Below, in pieces: positions 20,369-29,441 of a stretch of DNA of 64,000 bases. The stretch lies in assembly GCA_002747745.1 (NCBI GenBank), contig PDQG01000008.1, positions 13,661-77,660 of the forward strand, written 5' to 3'. The first letter of the stretch is position 1; every line of letters begins with the position of its first letter. The notes below the pieces were generated by a model that saw only the letters and a list, made by a program, of their open reading frames with translations, ran no database searches and was not told where the DNA came from. The position numbers were made by a program, and so were the translations under genes. The DNA is from a bacterium DOLZORAL124_38_8. Its GTDB lineage: Bacteria > Patescibacteriota > Gracilibacteria > UBA4473.

Positions 20369-21445
20369 ATGGATTTAAACAAAATTATTGACGTAGCCTC
20401 ACAACAAGGTGCTTCTGATGTGCACATACAACCAAATCGAGAAATTTATTTTAGAATTGATGGACGTTTGACACCGGCCGGAAGCGGAGTTTTGTCAAAT
20501 AAAACGATTGCTGATTTGATTGAAAAATCGTTTTCTCGGCGGATTGTGTCGACTTATCAAAAAGAAAAACAAGCCGATTTTTCGTTTGAGGCCCAATCTG
20601 GTGTACGGGTGAGAGTTAATTTATTTCAACAAAATAAAGGGGCAGCCTTGGCACTTCGGATTATTAATAGCAAAATTCCAGAGTTTTCTTTTACGGGGTT
20701 ACCGCACGATGTACTAGAACGATTTAAAGCCCTTAAACACGGGTTAGTTTTGATTGTTGGAGCCACTGGTCAAGGAAAATCAACGACGATGGCGGCTCTG
20801 CTAAATGAGAAAATTCAGGAAGAAGCCTGTAATGTAGTTACTATTGAAAACCCAGTTGAATATATTTTTCAGTCAAAGAAAAGTTTGGTGTCGCAACGGC
20901 AAGTAGGGGATGATGTAGTGTCGTTTCAAGCTGGGGTAAAAAGTGCCATGCGAGAAGATCCAGATGTAATTTTGGTCGGAGAAATGCGAGATTATGAAAC
21001 TATTTCGGCCGCTATTTCGTTAGCCGAAACGGGGCATTTGGTGTTATCAACGATGCATGCCAATAATGCGATTGAAGTGTTGGGAAGAATGATTGAATCG
21101 TTTCCGAGCGAACAACAAAACCAAATTAAAATTCAGTTGTCTTCGGTACTCAAAATGATTATTTCGCAAAAATTAGTGCCAAACAAAGAAGGAAAACGAA
21201 CGTTGGCGTACGAAATTATGCATTCGAATTATGCGATTTCGAATAAAATTCGAGAAGGAAAATTAAGTCAACTCGCCCAAGTGTTTGAACTTTCGGCGGC
21301 GGATTCTGGAACTATTTGTTTTGAAAAATGTTTGCTCGAATTGGTGCGAGCCGGAAAAATTACATACAAAGAAGCCTTATTGCATGCCACAGATCAAGAA
21401 AAGCTGAAATCACTTCGGAACAGTGCGGATATTACAGATTCGTAA
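20369..21445 (+). CDS. pilT: PilT/PilU-family type IV pilus retraction ATPase
   Basis: 'ASDVH', 'GATGQGKSTT', 'REDPDVILVGEMRD', 'AETGHLVLSTMH'. Confidence 0.9.
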   Translation: MDLNKIIDVASQQGASDVHIQPNREIYFRIDGRLTPAGSGVLSNKTIADLIEKSFSRRIVSTYQKEKQADFSFEAQSGVRVRVNLFQQNKGAALALRIINSKIPEFSFTGLPHDVLERFKALKHGLVLIVGATGQGKSTTMAALLNEKIQEEACNVVTIENPVEYIFQSKKSLVSQRQVGDDVVSFQAGVKSAMREDPDVILVGEMRDYETISAAISLAETGHLVLSTMHANNAIEVLGRMIESFPSEQQNQIKIQLSSVLKMIISQKLVPNKEGKRTLAYEIMHSNYAISNKIREGKLSQLAQVFELSAADSGTICFEKCLLELVRAGKITYKEALLHATDQEKLKSLRNSADITDS

Positions 21446-22205
21446 TAATTTCTTTAATTTCTTTGGCGTGGGTGTGGTGGATGCCATGTCGACCATTTTC
21501 AAATACGCGTAATTGTTTTACCGTCGGAAGATGTTTTTGGTAGACAAAAGCGGCTTTGAGCGGAGTGTAGGTATCATTTTTTCCCCAAATTATGGTACTC
21601 GGAATTTTGATGGTTTCTAATTCGAATCGGAAGTCTGGTTCGGCAATTACATTCAAAAAAGTTTGCTTCATAGTGCCTTGAGTGGCATCCCAGTCATGGG
21701 CCCGGAATATTTTTCGGCGAATGAAACTTTGTACGGAAACGGGGATTAATTTTTTTAGCGGTTTAACGTAAGCAGTTCCAGTTTTGATAACTTTTTTGTA
21801 CCACGGAAGGGGAAACACAATTCCGGCGGCTCCGGTGAAAACAAGGTGTTTTATTTTTGAACTAAATTTTTGTTCATTTAGGTATCGAACCATGACGCGA
21901 CACCCAAAGCTATGACCATATAAAACAATTTCTTCAAAATCTTGAAAATCAAATGAGTCTATGAATTGTTTGAAAAAATGAGCGTATTGGTGGGTGTCCC
22001 AATCCGTTTTGGGGGCGTCGGATTGTCCAAATCCAGGCCAGTCGAATATTAGCGTTGAATGGGTTTGGGCGATTGCTTGTGCCAATGGGGTAAAACTTTT
22101 TTGTGAACCGCCCCAACCATGTAAAAAAATATACAATCGTTTGGCGGTTGGGTTTTGATATAAATTGTAACAAATTTTTTGCGATTCAATGGTGGTATAT
22201 GTCAT
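21432..22205 (-). CDS. Alpha/beta hydrolase
   Basis: 'FLHGWGG', 'DWPGFGQS', 'GHSFG', 'WGKND..TP', C-terminal His. Confidence 0.9.
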   Translation of the reverse strand: MTYTTIESQKICYNLYQNPTAKRLYIFLHGWGGSQKSFTPLAQAIAQTHSTLIFDWPGFGQSDAPKTDWDTHQYAHFFKQFIDSFDFQDFEEIVLYGHSFGCRVMVRYLNEQKFSSKIKHLVFTGAAGIVFPLPWYKKVIKTGTAYVKPLKKLIPVSVQSFIRRKIFRAHDWDATQGTMKQTFLNVIAEPDFRFELETIKIPSTIIWGKNDTYTPLKAAFVYQKHLPTVKQLRVFENGRHGIHHTHAKEIKEIITNL

Positions 22206-22206
22206 G

Positions 22207-22581
22207 TTATTTTGATTGAATCATAGCCACTTCACTGGTTTGTATTTCTACAAATTTAGGGTTGGTAATGAGTTTCATTTCTTGAACTTGTTCAGAACTT
22301 TCTAACGCGTACAAACTCACGGGAATGGTTAAGTCAATATCTAATTTTTCTAAATCTTGTCGTAATTGTTCTTGTTCTTGTTTTGTTTGAGCTAGAATAA
22401 ATCCTTTGGTTGAAATGGCATTAGTTAATAATATGTACCAAGCAAAGAGTGGCAGTATGGCCAAGAAGCATAATTTCAATATCCACTGCACTTTTTTAAG
22501 ATCCGTATCTTTTCGAACACTGACTGTTTCAGATCGGAATGAATTCGTTTGTCCGTGGGCGTTAAATTGTTGGATTTTCAT
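22207..22581 (-). CDS. FtsL-like bitopic coiled-coil protein
   Basis: Single TM followed by coiled coil, directly downstream of rsmH. Confidence 0.55.
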   Translation of the reverse strand: MKIQQFNAHGQTNSFRSETVSVRKDTDLKKVQWILKLCFLAILPLFAWYILLTNAISTKGFILAQTKQEQEQLRQDLEKLDIDLTIPVSLYALESSEQVQEMKLITNPKFVEIQTSEVAMIQSK

Positions 22582-22585
22582 GAGA

Positions 22586-23509
22586 TTATACTTTTTGAAT
22601 AATTCGTAGTTTGGCACTTCTTGAGCGAGGATTGTTTTGTATTTCGGTTTCTGAGGGGAGAATTGGCTTTTTGTTTATTAATTTTCCTACGGCTGGTTGT
22701 ACAACACTGTGGAGTGAAAAATTGTCGGCTTGGGTGATGGGCGTTGATAATTCTTTAAACAAACGTTTGACGAGTCGGTCTTCGAGTGAGTGGTAGGTGA
22801 TAATACCCAGTTTGTCGCCCGACTGCATAACCGAAAAAGCACGGTTAATAGTGGTTTCAATAACTTTTAGTTCTTCATTTACCGCTATTCGAATAGCTTG
22901 AAACGCTTGGGTAACGGCTTTTTTTCGTTTTAGGGGGTGCGTGTGTGTTTCGATTAAGTTTTTTAATTCATGGGTACGGGTAATGCGTGTTTCCTGACGA
23001 TACTTAACTATTTCTTTTGAAATTTGTTGGGCGTTTGGCATTTCGCCAAAATTTCGTAATGCGTTTCGAATTTCGGTTTCGCTGGCTTCGTTTACAAACA
23101 CTTCAGCTGCGTTGTCTCCACTAAAACTCATTTTAAGTGGCCCGTCCGCTTTAAACGAAAATCCTTTTTCGGCTTCGTCTACATGGTTTGAACAAATGCC
23201 TAAATCAAGCAAAATGCTGAGTGGGTGCGTGGCTTTTGTAAGGATTGAGTGAATTTCGGTGAAGCTGGTGTTGTGCAGAGATAATTTATCTTGAAAGGCT
23301 TTTAATCGTCTAGCAGCCTCAGAGAGATGTTGTGGGTCAAGATCCGTTGCGTAATAGGTTTGTATGTTGGGATATTGTTCGAGGGTGGCTTTGGCGTGTC
23401 CACCAAGCCCTAGCGTGCCATCGAACACGCTTTTTGTTTCGGTTGAATAGAGAACTTCTAAAATTTCATTTTTGAGCACTGGAATGTGAACGGCTTGTTC
23501 TATGTTCAT
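22586..23509 (-). CDS. rsmH: 16S rRNA m4C1402 methyltransferase RsmH (MraW)
   Basis: 'HIPVL', 'DGTLGLGGHA', 'FQAIRIAVNEEL', 'HSLEDRLVK', 'NPRSRSAKLR'. Confidence 0.97.
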   Translation of the reverse strand: MNIEQAVHIPVLKNEILEVLYSTETKSVFDGTLGLGGHAKATLEQYPNIQTYYATDLDPQHLSEAARRLKAFQDKLSLHNTSFTEIHSILTKATHPLSILLDLGICSNHVDEAEKGFSFKADGPLKMSFSGDNAAEVFVNEASETEIRNALRNFGEMPNAQQISKEIVKYRQETRITRTHELKNLIETHTHPLKRKKAVTQAFQAIRIAVNEELKVIETTINRAFSVMQSGDKLGIITYHSLEDRLVKRLFKELSTPITQADNFSLHSVVQPAVGKLINKKPILPSETEIQNNPRSRSAKLRIIQKV

Positions 23510-23550
23510 AAGAGGCAAAAAAATGACGAGTTGGTTTGAGGGTTTTCTTC

Positions 23551-23799
23551 TGTGTAAAAAAACTGAACAGTAAAATTTTTTAAAGTTTCATTTCTTTCGA
23601 AAAGAGGACTCTTAAACCATGAAAAAATATAGAACAAAAAAATTGTTTTATCTAGTATTTTCATTAAATATGGTTTGATTTTTCATTCTTTTTGTGTTAA
23701 AAAAGTGTTCAATTTTATAGAAAAATTTTTTTGTATTAAAAAATTACTCGTGAGTAGAAAAAATGTTTATAACTATTGTATAAAATGTGGAAAACTTTT
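23551..23799. promoter_or_regulatory. DnaA-box cluster in AT-rich intergenic region (oriC candidate)
   Basis: TGTGTAAAA 23551, TGTTTATAA 23764, TGTATAAAA 23777, TGTGGAAAA 23786. Confidence 0.4.
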
Positions 23800-23969
23800 A
23801 TGGATTTTTAGATATTTATCATTGAGTGTTTTTTGTGTTCAATTATTTGTTTCTATTTCTTATAAAATTATGTAGTTCAAATTTTTTATTCGGGTGATTT
23901 TTGTAAAAATACGGTATTATTTATTGTTATTTTTTTTTCTTTTTTTACGCTTTTCCTCGAAATTGAAGA

Positions 23970-24446
23970 ATGATTCAGTATTTATTGACGCTTGTGGCAT
24001 CTATGACTCCGTTGGTGGAGTTCCGTATGGCGATTCCTTTTGGGGTTTCGTTAGGGGTTCCAGTTTGGCATTCGGTGTTGATGTCGATTATTGGAGGGTT
24101 GATTGCGACGAAGTTGTTGTTGTTTTTTCTTCCGAAAATAATAGATTTTGCGCGAAATCATTGGGTTTGGTTGGATAAAAAATTGGCTTATTTGCTGAAA
24201 AGAACAGAAAAAATGCATAGTAAGAAAATGCAGAATATTGGTTTTTTTGGCATGGTGTTTTTTGTGTTATTACCGATTCCAGGGAGTGGTGCGTATACAT
24301 CCGTTCTGTTGGCCTATATTTTCCGTTGGCCGTATAACCGTTCTTGGTTGGCTATTTCTTTGGGGATTATTTTAGGTTCGGGGTTGATTGGAATAATAAC
24401 GCAATCAGGCTTAAGTATTTGGCATTATATTCAGTCATTCTTATAG
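23970..24446 (+). CDS. Small multi-drug export protein family (COG2426-like)
   Basis: 'SMTPLVEFRMAIP.G', 'LPIPGSGAYT'. Confidence 0.8.
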   Translation: MIQYLLTLVASMTPLVEFRMAIPFGVSLGVPVWHSVLMSIIGGLIATKLLLFFLPKIIDFARNHWVWLDKKLAYLLKRTEKMHSKKMQNIGFFGMVFFVLLPIPGSGAYTSVLLAYIFRWPYNRSWLAISLGIILGSGLIGIITQSGLSIWHYIQSFL

Positions 24447-24464
24447 GTGATTAGGTGTTTGTGA

Positions 24465-24490
24465 TTTCGTTTTGGTATACCAAAACGAAA
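24465..24490. terminator. Perfect palindrome / probable terminator
   Basis: tttcgttttggtataccaaaacgaaa. Confidence 0.55.
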
Positions 24491-24560
24491 GTCTCGAAAG
24501 TCTTTGACGGGGTGGACTCAAACATAATAGTATTTCTAAAATTACTAGTGTGTTTTTAGT

Positions 24561-25274
24561 ATGGAAAAAATTAGACGGGTATCATTCTTTTTGGGCGATC
24601 GGTTAAATGATTTTCTGGGTGAATTTGTGTATGGTGGTATTGACGGAGCGGTGACTACTTTTGCGGTGGTGGCGGCTTCTGAAGGAGCTGGTTTGTCTCC
24701 TAAAATTGTGATTATTATGGGGTTGGCTAATCTGTTGGCGGATGGATTTTCTATGTCAGTGGGGGAGTTTTTGTCTACCAAATCAGAAATAGATCAATAT
24801 AAGCAACAAGAAAAAAAGTTTGTGCAATCAGTGCCTGATTTAGCGTCGTTGAAACACCGTTTGCGAGAAATTTATGCGCATAAGGGTCTTTCTGGAGAGG
24901 TGTTAGAATCGGTGGTTGATGTGTTGTCTAAAGATAAATCTCGTTCGGTGAATGAAATTATGAAGCATCATGATTTGTCGGCCGAGATGCGTTCGCCCGT
25001 GGCGACTGCTGGTATGACGTTTGGAGCGTTTCAGGTAATGGGGGCGGTTCCGTTATTGCCCTATGTGTCAGCGTTTTTGTGGCAAGATTTAGAGATTCAT
25101 TTATTTTTTTGGTCGGTGGTGTTAACGGCTGGAGCTTTTTCTATTATTGGATTCTTGAAGGGGTTTTTGACGAAAAAATGTTGGATTATGGGGGTGTTAG
25201 AAACTTTGTTATTGGGAGGTATTGCGGCCGCGGTTTCGTATTTTGTAGGAGACTGGTTGGAGTCTTTGGTGTAG
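24561..25274 (+). CDS. VIT1/CCC1 family Fe/Mn transporter
   Basis: '[16 protein letters not shown]', '[18 protein letters not shown]'. Confidence 0.92.
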   Translation: MEKIRRVSFFLGDRLNDFLGEFVYGGIDGAVTTFAVVAASEGAGLSPKIVIIMGLANLLADGFSMSVGEFLSTKSEIDQYKQQEKKFVQSVPDLASLKHRLREIYAHKGLSGEVLESVVDVLSKDKSRSVNEIMKHHDLSAEMRSPVATAGMTFGAFQVMGAVPLLPYVSAFLWQDLEIHLFFWSVVLTAGAFSIIGFLKGFLTKKCWIMGVLETLLLGGIAAAVSYFVGDWLESLV

Positions 25275-25348
25275 TGGTTTTTTAAAATTCCTTGCCAGTC
25301 GTTGTTTTTTGTTTTAGACTCGTTCTGATTTATTAATTATTTTTTCTT

Positions 25349-25813
25349 ATGACCAAAAAAGAACCTGGTTTTTTGTATCGAATGCGTCGTAGTAAACACG
25401 CTCGATTAATTATTATGACGATTCTTATTGCTATTTTGGCGGTAATGTGGTTTGCGTTCGAAAAAGCACGCGCTTTTATTTTGGGGATGATTATTGTGAT
25501 GTTGGCTGCAGTGGGGATAGAATTATTTAATTACGATTTAGATTTGGGAACGTTGTGGAATACGGGAAGTATTGAACAATCTCGGGTGCAAACGAAAAAT
25601 GGGGTTAAATTGATTGGAGCTTGTATTGCGGACGACTTAAATTGTTCTCATTTTAAGACTCAACCAGAGGCGCAGTCTTTGTATAATAAATGTGCGGAAG
25701 AAATTAAATCATACAATGCTCATCTAGAAGGAAAAGATGTGAAATCATTTGATGTGTATGGTTTGGATCGAGATAAAGACGGATTGGTGTGTGAGGCTTT
25801 GCCTGCTTCGTAG
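25349..25813 (+). CDS. Membrane protein with C-terminal excalibur-like Ca-binding domain
   Basis: Two TM helices; 'DLNCSHF.TQ.EAQ' and 'LDRDKDGLVCEALP'. Confidence 0.75.
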   Translation: MTKKEPGFLYRMRRSKHARLIIMTILIAILAVMWFAFEKARAFILGMIIVMLAAVGIELFNYDLDLGTLWNTGSIEQSRVQTKNGVKLIGACIADDLNCSHFKTQPEAQSLYNKCAEEIKSYNAHLEGKDVKSFDVYGLDRDKDGLVCEALPAS

Positions 25814-25840
25814 TTATTTGAAAAGTGTGTATGTTAGTCG

Positions 25841-25872
25841 GAAATTCTCAGATTAGCTCTGAGAATTTTTTT
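25841..25872 (+). terminator. Intrinsic terminator
   Basis: aaattctcaga-ttagc-tctgagaattt followed by T tract. Confidence 0.7.
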
Positions 25873-25963
25873 AGTGTATGGCTAAAACTTTCTTTTCTAT
25901 ATGGCAAGTCATAATTTTTGAAAAAATTAGACAAAGTATAAGTCTGAAATTAAGATTTATTTG

Positions 25964-26700
25964 ATGAGTTTTATTGAACCGAACCGAACCGAACCGAACC
26001 GAACCGAACCGCGTTAGCGTTTAAGGATTCTTGTGTTTCTATTACAAAAGGATTTACCTTGATAGAATTATTGGTGGTGATTGTGATTATTGGAATTTTG
26101 GCGGGAATTGGAATTGCTCAGTATAAAAGTTATATCAACAAAGCCAAAAGTGCTAAAATTATTTCTGATTTGTCTCAAATATCAAAAATATTGCAAACGG
26201 ATCGGATTGCTCGAAATAAATCTGACTTTTCTTATTTACAATATGATGAATCTGGGCAAGAGCGAGATGGAGCCATTGAGGTGGTCCGGATTATTAAGGA
26301 GGCTGGATTTAAACTTCCAGATTCAAATGATGCTTGTTATATGATTATGCCTTTGCGTAGATTTAAAGGGGTTAACTTAAAACAAGGAACTGAGTGGCAG
26401 GATTTTGCGGTGGTTTCACTGAGGGCTGAAGCTCAGTCAAAAAAGTTTACACGTCCATATCCTAAATTTGGTGAAGTTATTTTTGCTTCGGGTACATCAA
26501 GGGCTGTAAAAATATTGAGTGATTTGTCGTTAACTCCGGCGGCAAAATCTGGTTTGAATTGGGCTGAAGCTATTCATTCGTATAGGAAATTGTATAAAAA
26601 TTGTCAGAGAGATAATCGATGGAAATGGAATGGTGTTGTAGTAGAAAGTAGTCCATTTTATAATATCTTTTCAATGGCTCCTATTGATCCTAGTTTGTAA
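25964..26700 (+). pseudogene. Type IV pilin-like gene frameshifted by (GAACC)7 (phase-OFF allele)
   Basis: ATG 25964 frame stops at TAG 26015; the frame from 26011 reads ALAFKDSCVSITKG|FTLIELLVVIVIIGILAGIGIAQYK; 6 or 9 repeat units would fuse them. Confidence 0.8.
25976..26010 (+). repeat. Pentanucleotide simple sequence repeat (GAACC)7
   Basis: Seven perfect tandem GAACC units starting 12 nt after the A of ATG 25964. Confidence 0.98.
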
Positions 26701-26715
26701 GGTTCTTTCGACTTT

Positions 26716-27474
26716 TTATTGTCCAATAAAACTTGTAGCGGCCATCCAAGCCAAATCAAAAATGGTTTTTTGGGCGTTGTAGACCGCTTGATCTTCGACC
26801 ACGGTTCCAATGGGGGTTTGTTGGTTGAGGTTGAGGGTTATGGTGTAATTGGGGAAAATGGTTACTTCTGATTGAAGGGGAAATTTATCGGTGGAAATGA
26901 AAAATACTTCAAAAAAATCGGTGTGTTGTTTGAAAATTTTTTCGTTTAAAATAGAAGCGGTCGAATTTTGGGCACAAATAAATCTTGATTTAATACCTTT
27001 TTTTACCCGTTTTAGTAAATGTTGTTCTATTTTTTCTAAGGGGATGGTTTCTTGCAGTGATTCAAAGTTTGTAAAACTAAAAATAGTATGTGGTTCTTGT
27101 TGGGTTATTCTTTCGAATATTTTGTTGATTCCAGATTTATCTTCGAAAAATTGGAATTTTGGTTTGGTTGAATGAGTGTTTATGAGGGCTGTTAGATTTG
27201 GTAAGACGTTTTCGGCGAGGTTTTTCTGTTCTTGAGCTTTGGATAAGAATATTTGAGGATCTTCGGCTGAAAAATGCTTCATCTTGTTTTTTCTTGATTC
27301 GAGTACAAATCCTTTCTTTTTTAGGTTTAATAAATGGTGATAACAGTTGATGCGCGGGATATTGGTGAAATTTGCAATGGTGGTAACGGAGGTTTGTCCG
27401 CGTTGTAATAATTCAAGATAAATGGTAGCTTCTTCTTTTTTTAGGCCGAGTTTTGATAGTTTTTGTTCAAGCAT
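26716..27474 (-). CDS. TrmB-like HTH transcriptional regulator
   Basis: 'L.KLGL.KEEA.IYL.LL..G..', 'IPRINCY..L..L.KKG', 'KPKFQFFE', 'KTIFDLAW'. Confidence 0.85.
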   Translation of the reverse strand: MLEQKLSKLGLKKEEATIYLELLQRGQTSVTTIANFTNIPRINCYHHLLNLKKKGFVLESRKNKMKHFSAEDPQIFLSKAQEQKNLAENVLPNLTALINTHSTKPKFQFFEDKSGINKIFERITQQEPHTIFSFTNFESLQETIPLEKIEQHLLKRVKKGIKSRFICAQNSTASILNEKIFKQHTDFFEVFFISTDKFPLQSEVTIFPNYTITLNLNQQTPIGTVVEDQAVYNAQKTIFDLAWMAATSFIGQ

Positions 27475-27632
27475 TGCGGGGTGATTATACAATAATTGTA
27501 AAATTTTTTCTACATTTTTTATTAGTTATTTTGTTAATTATAGATTTGTTTTAAGGTTTTTATTTTTTTTGTATTTTGAAATTATTATTTTTGTTATAGG
27601 ATTAAGTTGTAAATATTAAAAAATATTTTTAA

Positions 27633-29378
27633 ATGATAGAAAGGACTTGTCGTCAATCGGGAGAAAAATTTGAAATCACGAAAACGGATTTAAAATTTTA
27701 TGCGAAAATGGGGGTGATTACGGCGGAACAATTGGAAAAATTAGCGAGTTTGCCAGTTGATGAGTCTGTAAGTGTACGCGAAGAAAAAATTCCGCAAGAA
27801 TTATTGGTTGGTTTGCCGACTTTGTGTGAATCAGAGCGACAGCGACGAAGAATGTGTTGGCGAAATGAACGAAAGTTGTATCAACGAAAATGTGATGGGA
27901 CTGGGAAAACGATGGTATCTGTATATGATGATAAAACGAGTTTTCCTGTGTATTCACAAGATTATTGGTGGAGTGATAATTGGGATGCAACCGATTACGG
28001 AAAAGATTTTGATTTTTCAAAACCATTTTTCGAGCAGTTTCAGTCGTTGTTGCAAACAGTGCCGCAAATTGCTTTATGGAATAATGAGTCAGAAAATTCT
28101 GATTACAATAATTGTTGTTTCTTTAATAAAAATTGTTATTTGAACTTTAATACCGACCATTCTGAAGATTCGTGTTATAATTATATGCTTTGTGATGGAG
28201 TAGAAGTGTTTGATTCGGTGGGGGTGTTAAAATCGGAATTATGTTATGAGTGTTTGGACTGTGAAAATGGATACGAACTTAAATATTCGCAAAATTGTAA
28301 AAATTGTTCGGATTCTTGGTTTTTGCAAAATTGTATAGGGTGTAGTAATTGTTTTGGATGTGTGAATTTACGGAATAAAGAATATTATTTTTTGAACGAA
28401 AAATGCACGCCAGAAGAATACGAAGCAAAATTGGATACGTTGAATTTAACGAAAAATTCTTCACTGAAAAATTTCCGAACCAGTTTCGTACAGTTTTGTC
28501 TTAAGTTTGGTCAAAAATATTCTATTCAAGAGCAGTCTGAAAATTGTACCGGAAACTATATTCGTCAGAGTAAAGATTGTGTGAATAGTTTTGATTTATT
28601 AGGAAAATGTGATTCGGTGAAAAATTTTGATTATGGTTTTAATTCAAATTTTGTGCACGAAGCGTTGGCGGTTGGAAATGCAAAATATGCGTATGAAGTG
28701 TCTTCGGGAGATAAAATATCAGATTCATGTTTTATCCAAGGGATAAAAGATGGTCCGCATATGTCGTATTATTCGATGAATTGTGTAAATAATTCTCAAA
28801 ATTGTTTTGGCTGTGTGGGATTGAAAAAAAGACAATATTGCATTCTGAATAAACAATACACGCAGGAAGAATACGAAGCATTAGTATCCCAAATCATCGA
28901 ACATATGAAAAAAACTGGTGAATGGGGGGAATTTTTTCCAGCGGAGTTGTCACCGTTTGCGTATAACGAAACAGTGGCTCAAGAATATTTTCCATTAACG
29001 AAAGAGGAAATTGTGAGACGAGGATATAAATGGAAAGAAGAAAAACATAACTTTCAATATACTGGACCAAAATATGAAATGCCCGATGACATTGCGGATG
29101 TGCCAGATGATATTGTAAATAAAGTCTTGGAATGTGAACGAAGTGGGAAATTTTATCGAATTCAACCGGCAGAATTGAGATTTTATCGAAAAATGAATTT
29201 GCCAATTCCACGTTTACATCCTGATGAACGGCATAAAGATAGAGTAAATTTACGAAATCCACGGAAATTATGGCAACGGACTTGTGCCGATTGTGGGTGT
29301 AAAATCCAAACGACTTTTGCGCCCAACCGCCCAGAAAAAATATTGTGTGAGGCGTGTTATTTAAAAGTGGTGGATTAA
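27633..29378 (+). CDS. Cys-rich repeat protein of a CPR-typical family (paralog 1)
   Basis: Many CxxC repeats, 'NCFGCVGL', 'GEWGEFFP..LSPFAYNET.AQ', C-terminal 'TCADCG..ILCEACY'. Confidence 0.85.
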   Translation: MIERTCRQSGEKFEITKTDLKFYAKMGVITAEQLEKLASLPVDESVSVREEKIPQELLVGLPTLCESERQRRRMCWRNERKLYQRKCDGTGKTMVSVYDDKTSFPVYSQDYWWSDNWDATDYGKDFDFSKPFFEQFQSLLQTVPQIALWNNESENSDYNNCCFFNKNCYLNFNTDHSEDSCYNYMLCDGVEVFDSVGVLKSELCYECLDCENGYELKYSQNCKNCSDSWFLQNCIGCSNCFGCVNLRNKEYYFLNEKCTPEEYEAKLDTLNLTKNSSLKNFRTSFVQFCLKFGQKYSIQEQSENCTGNYIRQSKDCVNSFDLLGKCDSVKNFDYGFNSNFVHEALAVGNAKYAYEVSSGDKISDSCFIQGIKDGPHMSYYSMNCVNNSQNCFGCVGLKKRQYCILNKQYTQEEYEALVSQIIEHMKKTGEWGEFFPAELSPFAYNETVAQEYFPLTKEEIVRRGYKWKEEKHNFQYTGPKYEMPDDIADVPDDIVNKVLECERSGKFYRIQPAELRFYRKMNLPIPRLHPDERHKDRVNLRNPRKLWQRTCADCGCKIQTTFAPNRPEKILCEACYLKVVD

Positions 29379-29441
29379 AAAATCATCCTTAAATTCTTTG
29401 TACCAACAGAGAGAGATTCTAAAAAAATTACTAAGCAAAAA

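Noticed and set aside
23675..24178. Short ORFs or an mraZ remnant upstream of rsmH
   Set aside because: Low-complexity AT-rich translations with no MraZ motifs; 23894..24178 overlaps the real gene out of frame.
25976..26010. CRISPR array
   Set aside because: A 5-bp tandem repeat with no spacers, and no cas genes in the window.
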